Assembly (NCBI GenBank): GCA_945865405.1
Contig: CAMBDS010000012.1
Coordinates: forward strand, 2,383-66,382
Source of the DNA: Caldithrix abyssi DSM 13497
GTDB lineage: Bacteria > Electryoneota > AABM5-125-24 > Hatepunaeales > Hatepunaeaceae
DNA length: 64,000 nt
Direction of reading: 5' to 3'
Positions within the stretch are counted from its first letter, which is position 1. The number at the start of each line of letters is the position of its first letter. The notes under the pieces were generated by a model that was not told where the DNA came from, did no database searches, and saw nothing but the letters and a program-made list of their open reading frames with translations. Of the stretch, positions 39,301 through 45,476 are shown piece by piece. Made by a program: the position numbers and the translations under genes.

Positions 39301-42199
39301 GTGTAAAGACCGCAACTTCATCACCCGCAACAAGGCGATTACCTTCAAAGCTGGCATCCTCTAGAATGATTGACATGTTTTCGGCGGTGATAACAAACTC
39401 GAAGTGTTCACCTTCCGGGATTGCGCGACCTGATAACCTAATCATCGTTTCCGGTTCGTCTGGATCATCTGTGAAGAGAGTCGCTGTTCCGCCAAATTCA
39501 CCTACCTGATCTGGAGCGAATGTTACCAAAATTTCAAAGCCTTCATTTGGTGCAACAACAATACCCTCTTGGAAATCAGTGCTAAAACCAGCACCTTGAA
39601 CGACCACTCGGGAAACATTCAGGTTGGCAAGTCCAACGTTCATGCCTTCGATGTTAACTGTCCGCTCTTCGCCAACAAAGAGAGCCTCAAAATCAATGAT
39701 ATCGTTGGCAATCTCAATGTTTGGTAATCTTTCGAGCACACCCCGACCGATTACTCGAATTTCATATTCTGGAACGTCTGCATCATTCGAGAAAACAGTT
39801 AGTATTCCATTGTAATCCATTTCTTCTTGTGGGGAAAATACAATGGGAAGCATTGCCGAAGCTCCAGGATCAATTGCCATTCCTTGATCAATATCCGCCA
39901 TGAATGCGCCAATATTTGATGCTACGTGATCAATCTCAAGGGGCAGCTCACCAAAATTTGAAACTCTTAACTCAGCTCGTACTCCTTCTCCGATAAAAAC
40001 TTGACCAAAATCGTGAGCAGGTGTATCGAGATTTGGTGTGTAACCGCCAGCGGCCTCTACGAAAATATTTGCGCCACGTTCGCGCCCTGATCCCCAAAGC
40101 TCAATGATGTAAACTGGTGTTTCAGGATCGTTCGAATTCACACGAAGAGTAGAATTAAATTCACCCACCTCCTCCGGCGAAAATGAGACTGTAAATTGTG
40201 AGCTTTGGCCGCTATTGAGCGAGAACTCGTCAGGTTCAAATGAATAATATTCAGAACCTGCGCCGCCTACAATTTCCAGATTGCCCTCTAGGCGAGAGAC
40301 ACCATCATTAGTAATTTCAAATCTGTTTTCGACGGAATTCCCGATGGCAATTTCACCGAAATCCAAAGTGTTCACACTTACAGTAATAATTGGAGGTTCA
40401 GGAGTACCTCTTCCTGAGAGAGGTATTTCAAATTCTGGAGAATCAGGGTCGTTGGAGCTGATCAACAGGGTCCCATCATAGTCAACGAAATCGGTAGGTT
40501 CGAAAGTAACCTCGATTTCTATGGATCCGCCTGGTTGAATTACGGTTTCAAGAGCATCTTCTGGCTGGCGTTGATTACCACCAGCTAAGTTTAGTATCGT
40601 CAAGCCATCCCGTGCATATGCTAATTCCCCCTGGATAATATCTGGACGGGTTGCAATCTCTCTTCGACTGGAAAGATCCCAATACTTTAATGTTATGGCT
40701 TCTCCATTTCGCAAACCATTGATTCCAACCTCATTAATGTCATCACCCCAGGCAGCCACTCCGACAGCTTCACCAGGATCCGTGATTATCACAGCTCCCA
40801 CACAAAGACCCGCGGGGCTGAAGGCACCAATTTCATCGTCAACATCAAGTGCCTCGCCATTCAACAATGATTCAAGTATTAGAAGTGAATGATTTCCATC
40901 TGTTTCAGCAAATCTGAAATGAGGACCGTCCGGTAATTCCTCTTCGTAATCAGTGGTAAATACTCCATCGTCGGTTTCAACACCAGTTATTCCCAGTGGT
41001 TGATCTCCACTGTTCATTACAGTAACTGTAACTGTTCGGATATTCCCAACTACGATATTTCCAAAGTTGATATTATCTGGATCTGCTTCAATATTGGGTT
41101 GAGGAGGTATGAACCCAGTGCCGCTGAGTGAAACTTCGACTTCTGATTCGTCTGGGTCATCTGAAACTACAAATAAAGTAGCTGCAAAATTCTCTTCCGA
41201 TCGTGGGTCAAAACGAACTTGATAAACGGCATCATTCCCGGCACCGATTGTCCTTTCACCGTCGAAGTTGACCGTAAATCCATCACCTTCGATATTCATA
41301 GAACTGATGGTCAGGTCACTATTTCCAGTATTGGCGATAGTTAAATCCCTGGAAGTAGGATGGCCTAGCTCGACTTCACCAAAGTTGAATTGTAGAGGAT
41401 TGACTGAGATATCAGGAATGCGTTCTATAGTCCCATTTCCAATGAGTCTTATCACGACATCGCCATGTTCAGCATTAGAAACTATTGTTAAAGTTTCAGA
41501 GTAATTTCTTTCTTCAACAGGACTGAAAGTAACTGTCACAGTAGATCCTTCGCCAGGTTCAAGCGACAAACCGTTTTCGGGAAAATTTGTTGTAAATTCT
41601 CCAGAACTTGTCGTCATGCTTTCAATCTCAAGCGGGTCAATGCCACCATTTCCAATTGTGATTACCCATGCTTGAGATTCATCAACAAGCACATTTCCGA
41701 AATCGTGCGACATCTGATCGCCGCCACCCTGCCCAAGAACGTTATCGCCTTCCCGAATTACAACGACAGGTGGTCCTTCCAATGTTCCTTCCAAGCTGAG
41801 GATCGTAAACGCGTCTCGCTCGTAACCTTCGGGACCAAAATCGAATGTAGGGTTCGCAGTAAATTCGTGGTTAGTTGTCCGATCCCAAAAACGGAATGCA
41901 AACCGCTCACCAGCTCTGAACCCGTTAACCCCTGCCTGATCTTGATCGTCGCCCCAGGCGGCGATGCCAATCGACTCCCCGCCATTCTGTTCATAAACTA
42001 AAGCACCAGCGCAAACTCCACCTGGAGTGAAGACTCCAACCTCATTACCTGCTTCGATAAATTCTCCGTTTACTCGAGATTCCTCGACTAAAAGAGAGTG
42101 GTTGCCTTGATTTACATCAAAACGGAAGTGTTGTCCAAAAGCATTCGTAGATGCGATTGCAATAAGGACAAGTGCATAAATTGTAATAGTTCGGCGCAT
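33365..42199 (-). CDS. Giant secreted surface protein G3 (about 2944 aa from the preferred start), T9SS cargo; paralogous in architecture to G1
   Basis: Preferred start is the ATG at 42199 ([23 protein letters not shown] signal peptide, AGAGGAA upstream), not the track start at 42379. Five copies of the 115-aa module are interleaved with about 10 'choice-of-anchor D'/ASH-type Ig domains. These are followed by 11 cadherin-like/He_PIG-type repeats, a pre-CTD domain, and the tail [32 protein letters not shown]... Confidence 0.9.
   Translation of the reverse strand: [2944 protein letters not shown]
33368..33634 (-). other. T9SS type A C-terminal sorting domain of G3
   Basis: [89 protein letters not shown]. 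Confidence 0.9.
33980..37387 (-). repeat. Array of 11 cadherin-like / He_PIG-type Ig repeats in G3
   Basis: Units of about 95-138 aa, each closing in NVNAPP, VNRAP, VNDAP, NVNRPP, VNRPP, LNDQP, FNRAP, VNRNP, LNRAP, VNRPP or VNDNP. Recurrent internal pattern: ...F.V.A.D.D.D.L........P..A.F.DHGDGT..F.W.P...DAG.Y. Confidence 0.7.
37712..38056 (-). repeat. Unassigned module, copy G3-M5 (directly tandem to M4)
   Basis: [83 protein letters not shown]... Confidence 0.8.
38081..38416 (-). repeat. Unassigned module, copy G3-M4
   Basis: [80 protein letters not shown]... Confidence 0.8.
39071..39406 (-). repeat. Unassigned module, copy G3-M3
   Basis: [81 protein letters not shown]... Confidence 0.8.
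40583..40921 (-). repeat. Unassigned module, copy G3-M2
   Basis: [82 protein letters not shown]... Confidence 0.8.
41789..42130 (-). repeat. Unassigned module, copy G3-M1
   Basis: [83 protein letters not shown]... It starts one residue after the predicted signal-peptide cleavage site. Confidence 0.8.
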
Positions 42200-42379
42200 T
42201 GAAATTCCTCTGAGAAAATGAAAACGATAGTGAGTTTCAGTGATTGAAAAGTTGGAAAAGTTTTCCGGAGCGATAGCTGGTTCAGCTTCAAGTCTGTGTG
42301 GAAACGATTGGTTCTTCAGCAGCGTTCGGTGATATGATAATATATCTGTAACTGTTTTGCTATGATACTGCGCACACAA

Positions 42380-43411
42380 TCAAATATTAATGGCGCTGTT
42401 ACCAAGTAAAGTCAGGCGATTTATAACAGATATGAATTCAGAAATCATCGTGGAGATAACTTCTTCAGCAGATACGATTGATCGTATATCCCCTGCAATT
42501 TCGCCAGCCTCCATGTAGCCCTCTTCGGTATCTCCAAGGAAAGTACCGGCTTTGGCTCGTCCGTGACCAAGAAAATGTTCTACTGCCTCTTTAGAGGCTC
42601 CAGTTTTAGTCATTTCAATAGATCGCTTTGAGAATGACCCCGCCAACATCCGTGTTGGGCTAAGCTCTTTAAGCGTTAACACCGTTGAGGGTTCTCCCGA
42701 TTCGAGCACGGATTTTCGGTAGTTTTCCGAAACAGAACTTTCGAAAGTACAAGCAAATCGCGTCCCAACCTGTACACCTTCAGCACCGAGAGCCATTGCG
42801 GCAACCATCCCGCGCCCGTCGCGGATCCCACCAGCGGCAAGAATGGGCAATTCAATATGATCCACGAGACGGGGAATTAGCGGGAATGTTGGGATTTCTT
42901 CGTAGCCGTTATGTCCCCCAGCCTCAAATCCTTCGCCGACGATTAAATCGACGCCTCTTTCTGCAGCTTTGAGTGCGAGCTTTAAAGAAGGAACAACATG
43001 CGCAACAATGCAACCATGGTCATGTAATAGCGGAGTAAATTTTCCAGGATTTCCTGCAGATGTAAAAACGATACGGATGCCGTTGTCAAGAGATGCTTTT
43101 ACCAATTCGTCAGCATCTCTTCGCATCAGAGGAATGTTCACCCCGAGAGGCCCTTGCCACACTATCCGAGCTTTAAGAATATGCTCGGTGAGCAAAGCTG
43201 GAGACATAGACCCGGCACCTATCAGGCCCAATCCACCAGCCTTAGAAACTGCTGTAGCAAGTTTCCAGCCGGAAGCCCAAATCATTCCCGCCTGAATTAT
43301 CGGATACCGGATCTGCAACAGGCGAGTGACGCGTGTTTCTATACTAACCGGGTTATGAAACATAATACGTTCGGGATCGGGTGGAATGAGTTTCGAATTC
43401 GTTAATTTCAA
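42380..43411 (-). CDS. Nitronate monooxygenase family flavoprotein (FabK-like enoyl-ACP reductase II / NPD)
   Basis: 343 aa. IRYPIIQAGMIWASGWKLATAVSKAGGLGLIGAGSM...; ...GEGFEAGGHNG...; ILAAGGIRDGRGMVAAMALGAEGVQVGTRF. Confidence 0.75.
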   Translation of the reverse strand: MKLTNSKLIPPDPERIMFHNPVSIETRVTRLLQIRYPIIQAGMIWASGWKLATAVSKAGGLGLIGAGSMSPALLTEHILKARIVWQGPLGVNIPLMRRDADELVKASLDNGIRIVFTSAGNPGKFTPLLHDHGCIVAHVVPSLKLALKAAERGVDLIVGEGFEAGGHNGYEEIPTFPLIPRLVDHIELPILAAGGIRDGRGMVAAMALGAEGVQVGTRFACTFESSVSENYRKSVLESGEPSTVLTLKELSPTRMLAGSFSKRSIEMTKTGASKEAVEHFLGHGRAKAGTFLGDTEEGYMEAGEIAGDIRSIVSAEEVISTMISEFISVINRLTLLGNSAINI

Positions 43412-43437
43412 AATTTAGTTTGCAGGAATTCGCTGGA

Positions 43438-44070
43438 CTACTTTCTGGCCTTAACCCCCTGCTCAACTTCGTTAAGTACCTCATCTACATGACCAGCGAC
43501 AGTTATGGGAGACCAAATTTTCACAATCTTACCTTCCGGGTCGATCAACACAGTTGATCTGACTACCCCTTCGTAAGACTTACCAGCGAAAGTCTTTGGT
43601 CCCCAAACTCCATAGGCATTCAAGGTCTTTTTTTCTGTGTCGGAGAGTAATGTGAAGGGCAGATTGTGGTCAGCAATAAACTTCACGTGGCTTTCTTCGG
43701 AATCGGGACTTATACCAAGTACGACAGTCCCCGACTTTTGAAACGGAACGTAGTTATCCCGAAAATCGCATGATTCCTTTGTACATCCCGGAGTGTTGTC
43801 TTCTGGATAAAAATAGACGACGACAAATTTGCCTCGGAACTCGCTTAACGAAACCATAGCGCCTGATTGATTCGGCAAGTTGAACTCAGGGGCCTCGACA
43901 CCGACCTCAAGAATTGTATTTATAGACATATAGTCTTTCATTGAATTTTCAGCGGCTTGGACATCAGGGGCAAATTGACCAATTGTCAATGCTGAAGGAA
44001 TCCAAGAAACCAGTACATAATATAGTAATTTAATGTGCTGAGACTCAAGATATTTTGAGGCTGAAATCAT
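43438..44070 (-). CDS. bcp: Peroxiredoxin Bcp (AhpC/TSA family); start codon uncertain
   Basis: The core LEVGVEAPEFNLPNQSGAMVSLSEFRGKFVVVYFYPEDNTPGCTKESCDF contains the peroxidatic Cys. The track ORF adds about 45 N-terminal residues with a hydrophobic stretch. Alternative starts are at 43941 and 43929, and none has a clear SD. Confidence 0.8.
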   Translation of the reverse strand: MISASKYLESQHIKLLYYVLVSWIPSALTIGQFAPDVQAAENSMKDYMSINTILEVGVEAPEFNLPNQSGAMVSLSEFRGKFVVVYFYPEDNTPGCTKESCDFRDNYVPFQKSGTVVLGISPDSEESHVKFIADHNLPFTLLSDTEKKTLNAYGVWGPKTFAGKSYEGVVRSTVLIDPEGKIVKIWSPITVAGHVDEVLNEVEQGVKARK

Positions 44071-44162
44071 GAATCAAGATTTGATGTAGATAAATCATTG
44101 AGATTATTGAGAATGAACCCGTTCAATATTGGCTATCGTTCAATTTCTGAATGTCAAACACT

Positions 44163-45464
44163 TCATTCAATATTAGGATTACGTAGACTTAATTTATAGC
44201 TAATGTAAATCAGTATCATCAAAAGTGTAGCGCTAAAGATTGTAATTGTCTCCCATCGAAATACTCGATTCGATTGCGGGCGATCTCGTTCTCGCCATTC
44301 AGGTATAGGGTAATAATCGTCAATTACGGCACTTTCGATTGGCCAAATTATACCCCATGCCTCGCCATCAAACTGAACCGTGAGTGTATTAGTCCTATTC
44401 TGATTGTGAAATTTACCAAAACTTGCGAACTGAACCTCACCAAATAGAGTTGAGAACTTCTCCGTACTCAGTTTACGTTTTAATTCTTCTCTTTCGTTTA
44501 TGGAAGGATCATCGAGGATGCTTGACAATATCTGGATGCTACTTGCGCAAGCTGCCATCTGATAATCAGGGGAAGGCATTTCATCGTCATGAATGGCCTT
44601 GAAGAACTTTCTGATTGTGGGAGATGAGTTGTCAGGCATCCAAACCAAAGGCCCAACGATATACTCAGCCGCCCTATCTGACGCCGAAATCAGTTTGTTA
44701 TTTATGATATCACCATTGACCACTCCAAAAGCGTAAGGTAAATAATCTGCTTGTCGGCATTGCCTTAAGAAACGCGAAACATCAAGCGTCTTTCCAAGCA
44801 TAAAAACCAAAGCAGGCGTAGCGTCTTTCAAGACCCCGATCTGGAATTCAAAGTTCTGAACATCATGATGAAACGGAAGCCAGATTTTACCGCCTTCCCA
44901 ATGATTCGCCAGATCTCCCTCAATGTCAATTGCGAATGCGGAAAACTGCGAACTGGTATCGACAAGAATTGCAGCCGTCCTTCCACGACCAGCGACCGAG
45001 GCTGCCCATGAAATCAATCCATCATTGAAAGTAGATAACGGAGGAACTAATCTAAAAACATATTCACGATTCGACCAGGTAAGAGAATCGGTTTCATCAC
45101 AATCGATAACGTAAGGAATTTCTGCTCGTTCGGCTGAGCAGGCAATAAGGGAGGTGACGGATGAGGGTAATCCACCGATGAATGCGATCACTGTCGAGTC
45201 GCGTTCATATTGGGTAAGTTCAAAAATAAATTTATTGTGATTGCTACAATCAACAAAGCATAATTCAAAGGAAGGATTATGTTCGTCTAATCCCATGGCT
45301 GCGATATATGCTGCTCGAAACCGTTTCCCTAACTCCTGATATTCCCCACTTTCAGGGATAAAAGCAATTACTTTACTTTTGTCAAAAGCGAAGGAATCTA
45401 AACTTCCAAGGATGGTTGAGGCGGTAATAAGAATGACTAGCCATCGAGGAAAATTGAGACCCAC
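44163..45464 (-). CDS. Periplasmic-binding-protein type 1-like (LivK/receptor-family ligand-binding fold) protein with a C-terminal TM anchor
   Basis: 433 aa. Signal/anchor WLVILITASTILGSL, then VIAFIPESGEYQELGKRFRAAYIAAMGL..., typical of the Leu/Ile/Val-binding-protein family. The C-terminal TM is ITIFSATLLMILIYISYKL. Confidence 0.4.
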   Translation of the reverse strand: MGLNFPRWLVILITASTILGSLDSFAFDKSKVIAFIPESGEYQELGKRFRAAYIAAMGLDEHNPSFELCFVDCSNHNKFIFELTQYERDSTVIAFIGGLPSSVTSLIACSAERAEIPYVIDCDETDSLTWSNREYVFRLVPPLSTFNDGLISWAASVAGRGRTAAILVDTSSQFSAFAIDIEGDLANHWEGGKIWLPFHHDVQNFEFQIGVLKDATPALVFMLGKTLDVSRFLRQCRQADYLPYAFGVVNGDIINNKLISASDRAAEYIVGPLVWMPDNSSPTIRKFFKAIHDDEMPSPDYQMAACASSIQILSSILDDPSINEREELKRKLSTEKFSTLFGEVQFASFGKFHNQNRTNTLTVQFDGEAWGIIWPIESAVIDDYYPIPEWRERDRPQSNRVFRWETITIFSATLLMILIYISYKLSLRNPNIE

Positions 45465-45476
45465 ATCGACCTCGAA

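Noticed and set aside
19456-42130. The conserved N-[HMC]-S tripeptide in the 115-aa module as an N-glycosylation sequon, with D-x-N-x-S in some copies.
   Set aside because: The acidic residue at -2 required by PglB-type oligosaccharyltransferases is present in only 4 of the 12 copies. The tripeptide sits at the start of a hydrophobic strand (NHSLLI), so it is more likely structural. No pglB-like gene is in the window.
17089-42199. The giant genes as RTX/T1SS adhesins, Rhs/polymorphic toxins or contact-dependent inhibition effectors.
   Set aside because: They lack Gly-rich RTX nonapeptides, a C-terminal T1SS signal, YD/Rhs repeats, a toxin-immunity tail and adjacent T1SS or T6SS genes. All four end in the T9SS sorting domain instead.
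43930-44070. The N-terminal extension of about 45 aa on Bcp as a genuine signal anchor, implying an exported peroxiredoxin.
   Set aside because: None of the three candidate starts (44070, 43941, 43929) has a convincing SD. The hydrophobic stretch (LLYYVLVSWIPSALTI) is short and aromatic-rich. The sequence cannot decide this, so the longest ORF is annotated with an uncertain start.
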